In this document: piece after piece, positions 1 through 10,354 of the stretch | Layout of the letters: the number at the start of each line of letters is the position of its first letter | How positions within the stretch are numbered: the stretch's first letter is position 1 | Origin: Azospira sp. | GTDB taxonomy: Bacteria > Pseudomonadota > Gammaproteobacteria > Burkholderiales > Rhodocyclaceae | Reading direction: 5' to 3' | Assembly (NCBI GenBank): GCA_035255085.1 | Contig: DATEZY010000093.1 | Location: forward strand, 15,183 to 79,182 | Length of the DNA: 64,000 nt | Notes under the pieces: generated by a model | The model's database searches: none | Told to the model about the DNA's origin: nothing | The model's input: only the letters and a program-made list of their open reading frames with translations | Program-made: the position numbers and the translations under genes

Positions 1-144
1 GCCGAAGGTCTCGGACAGGGCCTTTTCCAGCTCGGCGCACTTGGGGCCGGTGGTGATCCAGCCGGAGCGGAGCACCTCGCCGACGGCGGCGATAGTGGCC
101 TCGTCGATGCTGGGGCGGGTGAAGGGCAGGAAAGCTTGGCTCAT
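1..144 (-). CDS. arnB: DegT/DnrJ/ArnB-family PLP aminotransferase, N-terminal part (truncated by window edge)
   Basis: Manual translation of minus strand: [35 protein letters not shown], the typical ArnB N-terminus. ATG overlaps the stop of the upstream flippase gene (ATGA). Confidence 0.8.
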   Translation of the reverse strand, partial: MSQAFLPFTRPSIDEATIAAVGEVLRSGWITTGPKCAELEKALSETFG

Positions 145-512
145 GAGCGGGCTACCAGATAGACGCCGACGACAATGAGGCCGATGCCCGCCAGCTTCTG
201 GGCGGCCAAGGCTTCGCCGAACCACTGCCAGGCGATGAAGGCGTTGATGACATAGCCGATGGACAGCATCGGATAGGCGATGGAAACCGGTGCCCGGGAC
301 AGGGCCATGATCCACACCACCAGGCTTACCGCATAGCAGGCCATGCCGCCCATGATGTGGGGTTCGAAGGCCAGCTTGAGGCCGACGGGGACGACGTTTT
401 CCAGATGGAAGTCGAAGTGGCCCACGGCATTGGTGCCGGCCTTGAGCAGCAACTGGGCCGCGGCGTTGAGCAGAACGCCGGTGAGGATGAGGGCGAAACT
501 GATGGGAGTCAT
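141..512 (-). CDS. SMR/EamA-family 4-TM protein, probable undecaprenyl-phosphate-L-Ara4N flippase subunit (ArnE/ArnF-like)
   Basis: 123 aa hydrophobic; AQLLLK and [13 protein letters not shown] motifs; sits between arnT and arnB. Confidence 0.8.
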   Translation of the reverse strand: MTPISFALILTGVLLNAAAQLLLKAGTNAVGHFDFHLENVVPVGLKLAFEPHIMGGMACYAVSLVVWIMALSRAPVSIAYPMLSIGYVINAFIAWQWFGEALAAQKLAGIGLIVVGVYLVARS

Positions 513-2167
513 TGGGGCTTTCTGGCGATGACGTAGGCGGTATCCCGGAGCACTTCCTGCATGGACAGGCGCTTCTTCAAGCGCTCGTAGGTGGAGATTT
601 CCATGAAGGCAAAGGCGTCCTTGTCCTGGCGCCAGCGCTGTTCGAACTCGGCCTCGGTGGCCAGGGCGCGGTCAGGCTCCCGTTCCTGGCCGAAGGCCAG
701 TTCGCCCTGGTAATTGACCAGGGTCATGGTGCGCTTGAGGTAGAAGGGCAGGGTCTGCTCGTAGTAGCCGATGCTGTAGAAGGGCACGTCGGGCGGCAGC
801 TGGGGCGCCAGTTCCTCGGCCAGGTAATAGGCCGTGTTGGTGTGGGAGAGGTTCTCGTGGCCCAGCAGCACCAGGTTGTTGGCGACAAAGGTGCCCAGGG
901 CCGTGACCAGGATGGCCGGCAGCAGCCGGTGGCGCAGGGCGAGGACCAGGCCGCCGGCGGCGCCGGCCAGCCACAGGCCGGCAGCCACATAGAGCCACTG
1001 CAGGTAATGCTGGATGGAGGTGTCCTCCGCATTCAGCCCCTTGATCTGGGATGCCAGGGGCAGGAGGCCCAGGGCCAGTACGGCCAGGGCGGCGATTACC
1101 GCCAAATGGAAAATCAGGGCGCGCCGGGACGCCGCGGCCAACCAGCCTCCGGCCAGCATGGCCAGGGCCGGGAACATGGGCAGGATGTAGGAGGGCAGCT
1201 TGGAGCTGGAGGCGCTGAAGAACAGGAAAATCGCCAGGCTCCAGGCGACCAGGAGGGTCCGGGGGCGGAAGGGGCCGCGCTGGCCGAAAACCTGCCGGCC
1301 GAAGCTGCCGAACCAGCTATGCATGACCAGCAAGGTCCAAGGCAGGAAGCCGATGGCCAGAATGGGCAGGAAGTACCACCAGGGCTGGTAGCGGCGATGC
1401 ACCTTGGTCAGGAAGCGCTCGAAATGCTCGTGCCAGAAGAAGAAGCGGGGGAATTCCGGGTTGGCCAGGGAAACGGCGACAAACCAGGGTACCGTGATCA
1501 AGGCGAACAGGGCCAGACCCCGGGGCAGTTCCAGGCGCCGCCAGGGCGTGAAGTCCCGGGTCAGCAGGGTGTAAAGCACCAGGGTGCCACCCGGCAAAAC
1601 CAAAGCGATCAGGCCCTTGGTCAGCATGGCCAGGGCCAGGGCGCCCCAGGTGAGCATCATCCAGGGGCGGCGTTTGTTTTCCGGCGTGTCGTGCCAGTTG
1701 GCAAAAATGAAACCGGTGAGGGCCACCTGGAGAAAGAAGCTCGTTCCCATGTCGAGGGTGGCGATATGGCCGATCAACACCTGCCACAGGCAACTGCCCA
1801 GTATTCCTGCTCCCAACAGGCCGGCGCTGCCCCCGAACAACCGCCGGCCGGCGAAGGCCGCGAGGAGGATGCTCAGGTAGCCGGTGAGGGCCGGCCATAG
1901 GCGGACGGTCCAGTTGTGCTCGCCGAAAACCTCGAAGGCGGCTGCCGTGGCCCAGTATTGCAGGGCCGGCTTTTCAAAATACTTGAGACCGTTCAGGCGG
2001 GGCGTGGTCCAGTCGCCGGTGGCCACCATTTCCCGGGGAATCTCGCCGTAGCGCCCCTCGTCCGGACCCACCAGCTTGCGGTAATCCAGGGTGCCAAACC
2101 AGGCCAGGGTGAAGCAGACAAACAGGAGGATCAGGGCGCCCCGGGACAGGGGGTTTTGATTCGTCAT
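509..2167 (-). CDS. arnT: GT-C 4-amino-4-deoxy-L-arabinose transferase (ArnT family)
   Basis: [30 protein letters not shown] motifs; multi-TM, 552 aa. Confidence 0.88.
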   Translation of the reverse strand: MTNQNPLSRGALILLFVCFTLAWFGTLDYRKLVGPDEGRYGEIPREMVATGDWTTPRLNGLKYFEKPALQYWATAAAFEVFGEHNWTVRLWPALTGYLSILLAAFAGRRLFGGSAGLLGAGILGSCLWQVLIGHIATLDMGTSFFLQVALTGFIFANWHDTPENKRRPWMMLTWGALALAMLTKGLIALVLPGGTLVLYTLLTRDFTPWRRLELPRGLALFALITVPWFVAVSLANPEFPRFFFWHEHFERFLTKVHRRYQPWWYFLPILAIGFLPWTLLVMHSWFGSFGRQVFGQRGPFRPRTLLVAWSLAIFLFFSASSSKLPSYILPMFPALAMLAGGWLAAASRRALIFHLAVIAALAVLALGLLPLASQIKGLNAEDTSIQHYLQWLYVAAGLWLAGAAGGLVLALRHRLLPAILVTALGTFVANNLVLLGHENLSHTNTAYYLAEELAPQLPPDVPFYSIGYYEQTLPFYLKRTMTLVNYQGELAFGQEREPDRALATEAEFEQRWRQDKDAFAFMEISTYERLKKRLSMQEVLRDTAYVIARKPQ

Positions 2168-2191
2168 GGGTTGTGGTTTTTTGTTATGTAA

Positions 2192-2560
2192 TCAGACGAG
2201 CAGGGCGCAGGCCACCTTGCGGCCCTCCGCCACGAGAATGTTGTAGGTACGGCAGGCGGCGGGGGTGTCCATCACCTCAAGGCCCTTACCGGCGGCGTAG
2301 ATGGGCTGCATCAGGGCCGGGGGCGGAAAGCGTAGCTTGGCACCGGTGCCCAGGAGCAGTATTTCCGCATCCAGGCCGGCGAGAAGGGCGAATTCCGCCG
2401 TGGTCAGGGTGTCGAAACCGACCTGGGTCCAGTTCGGGGTCAGTTCCCGGGGCTGGACGAGCACGTTGCAGTGATGAGGAGTGCCGTTAACGGCCACATA
2501 ACCGTCACCGTAACCGGTGAAGGCATACATGCCGTCAGTTTTTGCCAGATGGAGCTTCAT
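2192..2560 (-). CDS. Mth938-like (DUF498) domain protein
   Basis: ILLLGTG and EVMDTPAACRTYNILVAEGRKV motifs; start set at MKLHL. Confidence 0.88.
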   Translation of the reverse strand: MKLHLAKTDGMYAFTGYGDGYVAVNGTPHHCNVLVQPRELTPNWTQVGFDTLTTAEFALLAGLDAEILLLGTGAKLRFPPPALMQPIYAAGKGLEVMDTPAACRTYNILVAEGRKVACALLV

Positions 2561-2621
2561 GGGGGTCCAGGCCTCGGTGGAATGGCCGCGCGTCGCGGTG
2601 CACAAACCGGTGAAGAAAGGG

Positions 2622-2631
2622 TAGCATTATA
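2622..2631. promoter_or_regulatory. Overlapping divergent sigma70-like -10 hexamers (TAGCAT on +, TATAAT on -)
   Basis: tagcattata lies between the divergent Mth938-like gene and alaC. Confidence 0.45.
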
Positions 2632-2801
2632 CGCTTTTCGTCCCGGCCGATTCGTACCGACGGAGTCTCCCGTCTCCGGTCCCCGGAGTTTCCAGGCTCA
2701 CCCGCCCGCGAGTTCAGACCGACGTGAAGCCGATCTTGAGGTCCGGGCCTGTATTTCTCCATCGCTCTTCAGTGACCGCTTTTTAGTGACCTTCCCGAGC
2801 C

Positions 2802-3989
2802 ATGAAAGAATTCTCGCGCATCAAGCGCCTTCCGCCCTACGTTTTCAATATCACCGGTGAGTTGAAAATGGCGGCCCGCCGCCGCGGTGAGGACATCATC
2901 GACATGTCCATGGGCAATCCGGACAGCCCGACGCCCAAGCACATCGTAGACAAGATGGTGGACGCCACCAAGCGCGGCGACACCCATGGCTATTCGGTTT
3001 CCAAGGGCATTCCCCGGCTGCGCAAGGCGATCTGCGACTGGTATCTGCGCCGTTACGGCGTGGAGTTCGACCCGGATAGCGAGGCGGTGGTGACCATCGG
3101 TTCCAAGGAGGGCCTGGCCCACCTGATGCTGGCTACCCTGGATCGGGGCGACACGGTGCTGGTGCCCAATCCCAGCTACCCCATCCACATCTACGGGGCC
3201 ATCATTGCCGGCGCCAATACCCGCTCGGTACGCATGACCGACGATGTGGATTTCTTCGAGGAATTACAGCGGGCCATCCGGGAATGCACGCCCAAGCCCA
3301 AGATGATGATTCTGGGCTTCCCCAGCAACCCCACGGCGCGCTGCGTCGAGCTCGATTTCTTCGAGCGGGTGGTGGCCCTGGCCAAGCAACACGACATCCT
3401 GGTGGTGCATGACCTGGCCTATGCCGATATCGTTTTCGACGGCTACAAGGCGCCTTCCATCATGGAAGTTCCGGGCGCCCGGGATGTGGCGGTGGAATTT
3501 TTCACCATGTCCAAGAGTTACAATATGGCCGGCTGGCGCGTCGGCTACATGGTCGGCAACAAGGAATTGTGCGCCGCCCTGGCTCGCATCAAGAGCTACC
3601 ACGACTACGGCACCTTCACACCCATCCAGGTGGCTTCGGTGATCGCTCTGGATGGTCCCCAGGACTGCGTGGAGGAAGTGCGCCAGCTTTACCAGAGCCG
3701 CCGCAACGTGCTGGTCAAGGGCTTGCACGAGGCGGGCTGGATGGTGGAAGTGCCCAAGGCCTCCATGTACATCTGGGCAAAAATCCCGGAGGCCTATGCC
3801 AGCCTCGGCTCCCTGGAATTCGCCAAGAAGCTGCTCAAGGAAGCCAAGGTGGCCGTTTCCCCGGGCATCGGCTTCGGTGACTATGGCGATGACCACGTGC
3901 GCTTCGCCCTGATTGAGAATGAGGAACGCACCCGCCAGGCCATCCGTGGCATCAAGGATATGTTCCGCCGGGACGGCCTGCTCAAGTAA
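2802..3989 (+). CDS. alaC: Alanine transaminase AlaC (class I/II PLP aminotransferase)
   Basis: [13 protein letters not shown]-terminus, [23 protein letters not shown]-lysine motif. Confidence 0.9.
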   Translation: MKEFSRIKRLPPYVFNITGELKMAARRRGEDIIDMSMGNPDSPTPKHIVDKMVDATKRGDTHGYSVSKGIPRLRKAICDWYLRRYGVEFDPDSEAVVTIGSKEGLAHLMLATLDRGDTVLVPNPSYPIHIYGAIIAGANTRSVRMTDDVDFFEELQRAIRECTPKPKMMILGFPSNPTARCVELDFFERVVALAKQHDILVVHDLAYADIVFDGYKAPSIMEVPGARDVAVEFFTMSKSYNMAGWRVGYMVGNKELCAALARIKSYHDYGTFTPIQVASVIALDGPQDCVEEVRQLYQSRRNVLVKGLHEAGWMVEVPKASMYIWAKIPEAYASLGSLEFAKKLLKEAKVAVSPGIGFGDYGDDHVRFALIENEERTRQAIRGIKDMFRRDGLLK

Positions 3990-4054
3990 GCCGGCTGCCA
4001 CAAAACAGAATTGATCTTCGTCCGGCTCCGCCGGCAACCCCGCAGGAAAACAAA

Positions 4055-5281
4055 GTGCGACCCATCAAGAAATCCGCCAAGCTCGACAACGTCTGCTATG
4101 ACATCCGCGGCCCCGTGCTGGAAAAGGCCAAGCAGATGGAGGAGGACGGCCATAAGATCATCAAGCTGAACATCGGCAACCTTGCCTCCTTCGGCTTCGA
4201 TGCGCCGGAAGAAATCCAGCAGGACATGATTCGCAACCTGCCCAACTCGGCGGGCTATTCCGACTCCAAGGGCATCTTCGCGGCGCGCAAGGCCATCATG
4301 CATTACGCCCAGCAGAAGAAGGTCAAGGGTGTGGGCCTGGAAGACATCTACGTTGGCAACGGCGTCTCCGAACTGATCGTCATGGCCATGAATGCCCTGC
4401 TCAATCCGGGCGACGAAGTGCTGGTGCCGGCCCCCGACTATCCCCTGTGGACGGCCGCCGTCAGCCTCTCCGGTGGCACGCCCCGGCACTACATCTGCGA
4501 TGAGGGCGCCGGCTGGCTGCCCGACCTGGACGACATCCGAGCCAAGATCACCGAGAACACCCGGGCCATCGTCCTGATCAATCCCAACAACCCGACCGGC
4601 GCCCTGTACCCGGACGATCTGCTCAAGGAAATCGTCGAGATCGCCCGCCAGAACGACCTGATCATTTACGCCGACGAGGTGTACGACAAGGTGCTCTATG
4701 ACGGCGTGGAGCACACCGCCATGGGCTCCCTGTCGGAAGACGTACTGACCATCAGCTTCAACGGCCTCTCCAAAAATTACCGTTCCTGCGGCTACCGGGC
4801 TGGCTGGATGATGGTGTCCGGCGACAAGCGTCCCGCCGCCGACTATATCGAAGGCCTCAATATGCTGGCCTCCATGCGCCTGTGCGCCAACGTGCCCGGC
4901 CAGTGGGCCATCCAGACTGCCCTGGGCGGCTACCAGAGCATCAACGACCTGGTGGCCGAAGGCGGACGCATGCGCCGCCAGCGGGACGTGGCCCACGAGC
5001 TCATCACTTCCATTCCCGGCGTGTCCTGCGTCAAGCCCAAGGCGACGCTGTACATGTTCCCCCGACTGGATCCGAAGATCTATCCGATTCGAGATGACCA
5101 GCAGTTCATCGCCGAACTGCTGCAGGAAGAAAAAGTGTTGCTGGTCCAGGGCACCGGCTTCAACTGGCCCGATCCGGACCACTTCCGCCTGGTCTTCCTG
5201 CCCCATGTGGACGATCTGAAGGATGCCGTCGGCCGCATCGACCGCTTCCTCGCCGGCTATCGCAAGCGGCACAGCACCTGA
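4055..5281 (+). CDS. alaA: Alanine transaminase AlaA/YfbQ family
   Basis: KSAKLDNVCYDIRGP, KLNIGN, GNGVSELI, GLSKNYRSCGYRAGW. Confidence 0.88.
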   Translation: MRPIKKSAKLDNVCYDIRGPVLEKAKQMEEDGHKIIKLNIGNLASFGFDAPEEIQQDMIRNLPNSAGYSDSKGIFAARKAIMHYAQQKKVKGVGLEDIYVGNGVSELIVMAMNALLNPGDEVLVPAPDYPLWTAAVSLSGGTPRHYICDEGAGWLPDLDDIRAKITENTRAIVLINPNNPTGALYPDDLLKEIVEIARQNDLIIYADEVYDKVLYDGVEHTAMGSLSEDVLTISFNGLSKNYRSCGYRAGWMMVSGDKRPAADYIEGLNMLASMRLCANVPGQWAIQTALGGYQSINDLVAEGGRMRRQRDVAHELITSIPGVSCVKPKATLYMFPRLDPKIYPIRDDQQFIAELLQEEKVLLVQGTGFNWPDPDHFRLVFLPHVDDLKDAVGRIDRFLAGYRKRHST

Positions 5282-5330
5282 TAGATTTTTACAAACGACA
5301 ACTTCAATTAAGCACTTAGGGATTTTGCAT

Positions 5331-6641
5331 ATGAAACCGATCAACGTTGGCCTGCTTGGCATCGGCACCGTGGGTGGCGGTACCTTTAATGTTCTGAAAC
5401 GCAACGGGTCGGAAATTACCCGCCGCGCTGGCCGGCCTATCGAGATTTCCATCGTGGCTGATCGCAATCTGGACCTGGCCCGCCAGGTGACCGGTGGCGC
5501 CTGCAAGGTGACCGACGACGCCTTTGCCGTGGTGAATGATCCCAACGTAGACATCGTGGTGGAACTGATCGGCGGCTACGGTGTGGCCAAGGATCTGGTG
5601 ATGAAGGCCATCGAAAACGGCAAGCACGTGGTCACCGCCAACAAGGCCCTGCTGGCGACCCACGGCAATGAGATTTTCGCTGCCGCCCAGAAGAAGGGCG
5701 TCATCGTCGCCTTCGAAGCCGCCGTGGCCGGTGGCATTCCCATCATCAAGGCCCTGCGCGAAGGCCTGTCCGCCAACCGTATCGAGTGGGTGGCCGGCAT
5801 CATCAATGGCACCACTAACTTCATCCTCTCCGAGATGCGCGACAAGGGCCTGTCCTTTGCCGACGTGCTGAAGGAAGCCCAGCGCCTGGGTTACGCCGAA
5901 GCCGATCCCACCTTCGACGTGGAAGGCGTGGATGCGGCCCACAAGCTGACCATCATGTCCGCCATCGCTTTCGGCATCCCCATGAACTTCGACAAGGCCC
6001 ACGTCGAAGGCATCACCAAGCTGGACGCCATCGACATCAAGTACGCCGAACAGCTGGGCTACCGCATCAAGCTCCTGGGCGTGACCAAGCGCACCCCGGA
6101 AGGCGTGGAACTGCGCGTGCACCCCACCCTGATCCCGGAAAAGCGCCTCATCGCCAACGTCGAAGGTGCCATGAACGCAGTGCTGGTGAAGGGTGATGCC
6201 GTCGGCGCCACCCTCTACTACGGCAAGGGCGCTGGTGCCGAGCCCACCGCTTCGGCCGTCATCGCCGACCTGGTGGATGTGACCCGCCTGCATACCTCCG
6301 ACCCCGAGCATCGCGTACCCCACCTGGCCTTCCAGCCCGACGCCGTGGTGGACCTGCCGATCCTGCCCCTGGCCGAGATCCAGACCGCCTACTATCTGCG
6401 TCTGCGCGTGGAAGACAAGCCTGGCGTGCTGGCCGACATCACCCGCATCCTGGCCGACCAGTCCATCTCCATCGATGCCATGATCCAGAAGGAGCCGGGT
6501 GAAGGCGAAGTGCAGACCGACATCATCCTGCTTACCCATCAGACCCGGGAAAAGAACGTGGATGCGGCCATCGCCAAGATCGAAGCCCTGGCTGCCGTGC
6601 AGGGCCAGGTCACCCGCCTGCGCCTGGAAGAGCTGCAGTAA
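5331..6641 (+). CDS. hom: Homoserine dehydrogenase with C-terminal ACT domain
   Basis: GIGTVGGG Rossmann motif, VVTANKA, EAAVAGGIP, GIINGTTN, GYAEADP; ACT motif DKPGVLA. Confidence 0.96.
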   Translation: MKPINVGLLGIGTVGGGTFNVLKRNGSEITRRAGRPIEISIVADRNLDLARQVTGGACKVTDDAFAVVNDPNVDIVVELIGGYGVAKDLVMKAIENGKHVVTANKALLATHGNEIFAAAQKKGVIVAFEAAVAGGIPIIKALREGLSANRIEWVAGIINGTTNFILSEMRDKGLSFADVLKEAQRLGYAEADPTFDVEGVDAAHKLTIMSAIAFGIPMNFDKAHVEGITKLDAIDIKYAEQLGYRIKLLGVTKRTPEGVELRVHPTLIPEKRLIANVEGAMNAVLVKGDAVGATLYYGKGAGAEPTASAVIADLVDVTRLHTSDPEHRVPHLAFQPDAVVDLPILPLAEIQTAYYLRLRVEDKPGVLADITRILADQSISIDAMIQKEPGEGEVQTDIILLTHQTREKNVDAAIAKIEALAAVQGQVTRLRLEELQ

Positions 6642-6651
6642 CGGTTTGCTT

Positions 6652-6682
6652 GGGCGACGGGTTCCCGTCGCCCCGCTGTTTT
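6652..6682 (+). terminator. Probable intrinsic terminator after hom
   Basis: Perfect stem gggcgacggg-tt-cccgtcgccc followed by cgctgtttt. Confidence 0.6.
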
Positions 6683-6791
6683 ACCGACGAAGCCCCTGCC
6701 TGGTGCGGGGGCTTTGCACATCTACATCAAAGACTTGAGTGTTTTCTCTGGCGACAATGGGTCTCCCCAATACCTCATAGGAAAACCCATA

Positions 6792-7049
6792 ATGCACGCC
6801 TGCAATCACAGCACCCCGGAAGCCATCTATCCCTTCGATGCCCGTGGCGTGGCCAAGCGTTTCCGTCATGCCGCCATCTTCGGCGCCTTCGATTCCCTGC
6901 TGCCCGGCGAAACCATGCGCTTCTGCAACGATCACGATCCGCTACCCCTGCTGGACCAGTTGTTCAATCGTTACGGTGATGGCATTTCCATCCAGTACGT
7001 GCAGCGGGAGCCGGGCGCCATCGTCATCGATTTCGCCAAGCAAGGCTGA
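6792..7049 (+). CDS. DUF2249 domain small protein
   Basis: FDARG...RHAAIFGAFDSLLPGETMRFCNDHDPLPL matches the DUF2249 NDHDP motif; start set at 6792. Confidence 0.8.
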   Translation: MHACNHSTPEAIYPFDARGVAKRFRHAAIFGAFDSLLPGETMRFCNDHDPLPLLDQLFNRYGDGISIQYVQREPGAIVIDFAKQG

Positions 7050-7143
7050 TCTGCTCATCCGGGGCGGTCAGTACTCGGCGGCCAGGGGGCGGGCGTGGTA
7101 TCCTTCCGCCCTTCCTTAAGTCCCTGAACGTCCCGGATTTTTC

Positions 7144-8589
7144 ATGCGCTATCTGTCTACCCGCGGCGACGCTGCGTCCTCCCCGACCCAATCCTTCTGC
7201 GACATCCTGCTCGGCGGCCTGGCTTCCGATGGTGGCCTTTACCTGCCGGAGTCCTATCCCCAGGTGACCCGCAGCGAACTGGATGCCTGGCGCCAGCTTT
7301 CCTACGCCGAGCTGGCCTTCGCCGTGCTGTCCAAGTTCATCACCGATATTCCGGCTGATGACCTCAAGGCCATCTGCGACAAGACCTATACCGCCCAGGT
7401 GTATTGCCACGCCCGTCCCGGCGACAATGCCGCGGACGTGACGCCCATCCACTGGCTGGAGCCTGGGAAACTGGCCCTGCAGGAACTGTCCAACGGCCCG
7501 ACCCTGGCCTTCAAGGACATGGCCATGCAGCTTCTGGGCAACCTGTTCGAATACGTGCTGGCCAAGCGCGGCGAAGAGATCAACATCCTGGGGGCCACCT
7601 CCGGCGATACCGGCTCTGCTGCCGAATACGCCATGCGCGGCAAGAAGGGCGTGCGTGTCTTCATGCTCTCCCCGGACGGCAAGATGAGCGCCTTCCAGCG
7701 TGCCCAGATGTATTCCCTGCAGGATGAGAACATCTACAACATCGCCGTGCGCGGCATGTTTGACGACGCCCAGGACATCGTCAAGGCCGTTTCCAACGAT
7801 GCCGCCTTCAAGGCCCAGTACAAGATCGGCGCCGTCAATTCAATCAACTGGGCCCGCGTTGCTGCCCAGATCGTCTATTACTTCAAGGGCTATTTCGGCG
7901 CCACCGAGAACAACGACCAGCAGGTGGCCTTCTGCGTGCCCTCCGGCAACTTCGGCAACATCTGCGCCGGTCACATCGCCCGCATGATGGGACTGCCCAT
8001 CGGCAAGCTGATCCTGGCCACCAACGAAAACAACGTGCTGGACGAGTTCTTCCGCACCGGCGTCTATCGCCCGCGCAAGACGGCCGAGACCTTCGTCACC
8101 TCCAGCCCTTCCATGGACATTTCCAAGGCCTCCAACTTCGAGCGTTTCGTCTTCGACCTGGTCGGTCGCGATTCGGCCAAGGTACGGGAACTGTGGGCCC
8201 AGGTGGATGCGGGCCAGGCCTTCGACCTGCGCGGTACTCCTTACATGGATAAGCTGGCCAGCTTCGCTTTTGCCTCCGGTTCCAGCAGCCATGCCGATCG
8301 TCTGGCTACCATTCGTTCCTGCTGGGAAAACTACGGCGTGATGATCGACACCCACACCGCCGACGGCCTCAAGGTCGCCAGGGAAAATCCCGTTGCCAGC
8401 ATGCCCACGGTGGTGCTGGAAACGGCCCTGCCGGCCAAGTTCGCCGAAACCATCCGCGAGGCCCTGGGCCGGGAGCCGGAAGTGCCGGCCGACCTGCAAG
8501 GCCTGGAAAAGCTGTCCCAGCGGGTGGAAGTGATGGATCCGGACGTGGAGGCTGTCAAGGCTTTCGTCCGCGCGCATGTGGCCGTCTGA
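7144..8589 (+). CDS. thrC: Threonine synthase
   Basis: MRYLSTRG, GPTLAFKD (PLP Lys), GATSGDTG, VNSINWAR, VPSGNFGN, SPSMDI. Confidence 0.96.
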   Translation: MRYLSTRGDAASSPTQSFCDILLGGLASDGGLYLPESYPQVTRSELDAWRQLSYAELAFAVLSKFITDIPADDLKAICDKTYTAQVYCHARPGDNAADVTPIHWLEPGKLALQELSNGPTLAFKDMAMQLLGNLFEYVLAKRGEEINILGATSGDTGSAAEYAMRGKKGVRVFMLSPDGKMSAFQRAQMYSLQDENIYNIAVRGMFDDAQDIVKAVSNDAAFKAQYKIGAVNSINWARVAAQIVYYFKGYFGATENNDQQVAFCVPSGNFGNICAGHIARMMGLPIGKLILATNENNVLDEFFRTGVYRPRKTAETFVTSSPSMDISKASNFERFVFDLVGRDSAKVRELWAQVDAGQAFDLRGTPYMDKLASFAFASGSSSHADRLATIRSCWENYGVMIDTHTADGLKVARENPVASMPTVVLETALPAKFAETIREALGREPEVPADLQGLEKLSQRVEVMDPDVEAVKAFVRAHVAV

Positions 8590-8622
8590 ATGACCAGGTG
8601 ACCGGGCAAAGCGCTTAAAAAC

Positions 8623-8650
8623 GAAAGGGCACCGTGGGTGCCCTTTCTTA
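8623..8650 (+). terminator. Intrinsic terminator after thrC
   Basis: gaaagggcacc / ggtgccctttc inverted repeat, T-rich tail, A-run upstream. Confidence 0.65.
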
Positions 8651-8671
8651 CTTCTGGATGGAGAAAATGCC

Positions 8672-9292
8672 ATGAGCCAACATGAGCAATTCTGGAGCGA
8701 GCGCTTCCGCGCCGCCGGCGACGACTACCTGTTCGGTACGGCGCCCACCCGTTTTCTCGCCCTGCACGAATTCCTGCTCGGTGTCGGCAACAGTGTCCTG
8801 TCCGTGGCCGACGGCGAGGGACGCAACAGCGTCTGGCTGGCGGAGCAGGGCTTGCAGGTGACGGCGGTGGAGATTTCCCCGGTGGCGGTGGAGAAGGCCC
8901 GCCGCCTGGCCATGGGCCGGGGCGCGCCGGTGCAATTCATCGTCGCCGACATGCTGGCCTGGGAATGGCCGGAGGCGGCCTACGACCTGGTGGTAGCCAT
9001 GTTCATCCAGTTCGCCGGGCCGGCGGAGCGGGAGGTGCTGTTTGCCGGCATGCAACGGGCTCTGAAGCCCGGCGGCCGCCTGCTGCTGCACGGCTATACG
9101 CCGAAACAGCTGGAATACCGCACGGGCGGCCCCGGGGCCGTGGAGAATCTCTACACCTCGGAAATGCTGCGGGCCGCCTTCAGCGGCCTGGAAATCGAGG
9201 AATTGCGGGAGTACGAGGCGGACCTGGCGGAAGGCCAGGCCCATCGGGGCCGTTCGGCCCTGATCGATCTGGTGGCCAGGAAGCCCGAATAA
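8672..9292 (+). CDS. Class I SAM-dependent methyltransferase
   Basis: VLSVADGEGRN SAM motif; ALKPGG; YRTGGP. Confidence 0.85.
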   Translation: MSQHEQFWSERFRAAGDDYLFGTAPTRFLALHEFLLGVGNSVLSVADGEGRNSVWLAEQGLQVTAVEISPVAVEKARRLAMGRGAPVQFIVADMLAWEWPEAAYDLVVAMFIQFAGPAEREVLFAGMQRALKPGGRLLLHGYTPKQLEYRTGGPGAVENLYTSEMLRAAFSGLEIEELREYEADLAEGQAHRGRSALIDLVARKPE

Positions 9293-9388
9293 AGGGGTGG
9301 TTCTAGTGCCACGGGCTGCGGCTGGGGCATCCCGGCGGATGCCCTGACGCTACGGCTGGTGTCGGCCGGCCGTTGTTCGGCTTCTGCC

Positions 9389-10249
9389 TTAGCCGGCGGT
9401 GAAGCGCATGGATAGGTCCAGGGCCTGGACATCCTTGGTCAGGCCGCCGATGGAAATGCGGTCCACTCCGGTTTCGGCGATGGCCCGTACCGTGTCCAGA
9501 TTGACCCCGCCGGAGGCCTCCAGCACAGCCTTGCCTGCCGCAATGCGAGAAGCTTCGCTCATGTCGGCCAGGCTCATGTTGTCCAGCAGCACCATGGTGG
9601 CGCCCGCCGCCAGGGCCTGGCGCAGCTCGTCCAGGTTCTCCACTTCAACCTGAATGAACTTGCACGGGACGGAGGCTTTGGCTGCCACGGCTCGGGCGGC
9701 GGCCATGGCCTGGGCGATGCCGCCGGCGGCCAGGATGTGGTTTTCCTTGATCAGGATGGCGTCGTAGAGACCGATGCGGTGGTTGGCACCGCCACCGCAG
9801 GTGACGGCGTATTTCTGGGCCAGGCGGAGGCCGGGCAGGGTCTTGCGGGTGTCCACGATCTGGGCCTTGGTGCCGGCCACCGTATCGACGAAGCGGCGGG
9901 TGCGGGTGGCCACGCCGGAGAGCAGTTGCAGGAAGTTGAGGCCGGTGCGCTCGGCGGTGAGCAAGGCCGGGGCCGGTCCCTCGATCTCGCACAGGGTCTG
10001 GTTGGCTTTCACCCGTTCGCCGTCCCGGGCATGCCAGGTGATGCGCACCGTGGCATCCACCTTGAGAAAGGCGCGCTCGAACCAGGCGGTGCCAGCCAGC
10101 ACCGCGTCTTCCCGGGCGATCACCGAGGCGTGGCCGGGCTTGCTGTTGTCGATGAGCTGGGCGGTCAAATCACCGGCGCCCACATCCTCGGTGAGGGCGG
10201 CGTCCACGTTGCGTTCGATTTCGGCGGCGGGGGGGAGAGTGAGGTCCAC
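9389..10249 (-). CDS. nadC: Nicotinate-nucleotide diphosphorylase (carboxylating)
   Basis: [38 protein letters not shown] motifs. Confidence 0.95.
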   Translation of the reverse strand: MDLTLPPAAEIERNVDAALTEDVGAGDLTAQLIDNSKPGHASVIAREDAVLAGTAWFERAFLKVDATVRITWHARDGERVKANQTLCEIEGPAPALLTAERTGLNFLQLLSGVATRTRRFVDTVAGTKAQIVDTRKTLPGLRLAQKYAVTCGGGANHRIGLYDAILIKENHILAAGGIAQAMAAARAVAAKASVPCKFIQVEVENLDELRQALAAGATMVLLDNMSLADMSEASRIAAGKAVLEASGGVNLDTVRAIAETGVDRISIGGLTKDVQALDLSMRFTAG

Positions 10250-10286
10250 GGCGGCTTCCCGTTCATGCTAGATTGGTCGAGGCGCA

Positions 10287-10295
10287 ATTTTAGCA
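10287..10295 (-). promoter_or_regulatory. Extended -10 element (TGCTAAAAT) upstream of nadC
   Basis: Reverse complement of attttagca, 38 bp before the GTG start. Confidence 0.45.
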
Positions 10296-10354
10296 TTCGT
10301 GAAAAGGGATCACAGCGCCGATCTCAGCGCAAATTATCGGGGCAGGGAGTCAAT

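Noticed and set aside
1-2560. arn genes as a horizontally acquired resistance island
   Set aside because: Base composition looks like the surrounding DNA, no mobility signs, and Ara4N modification genes are common chromosomal genes in betaproteobacteria.
9737-10354. Apparent 200-aa N-terminal extension of the glutamate synthase-like ORF
   Set aside because: It is the antisense shadow of nadC; an SD-preceded ATG exists at 10355.
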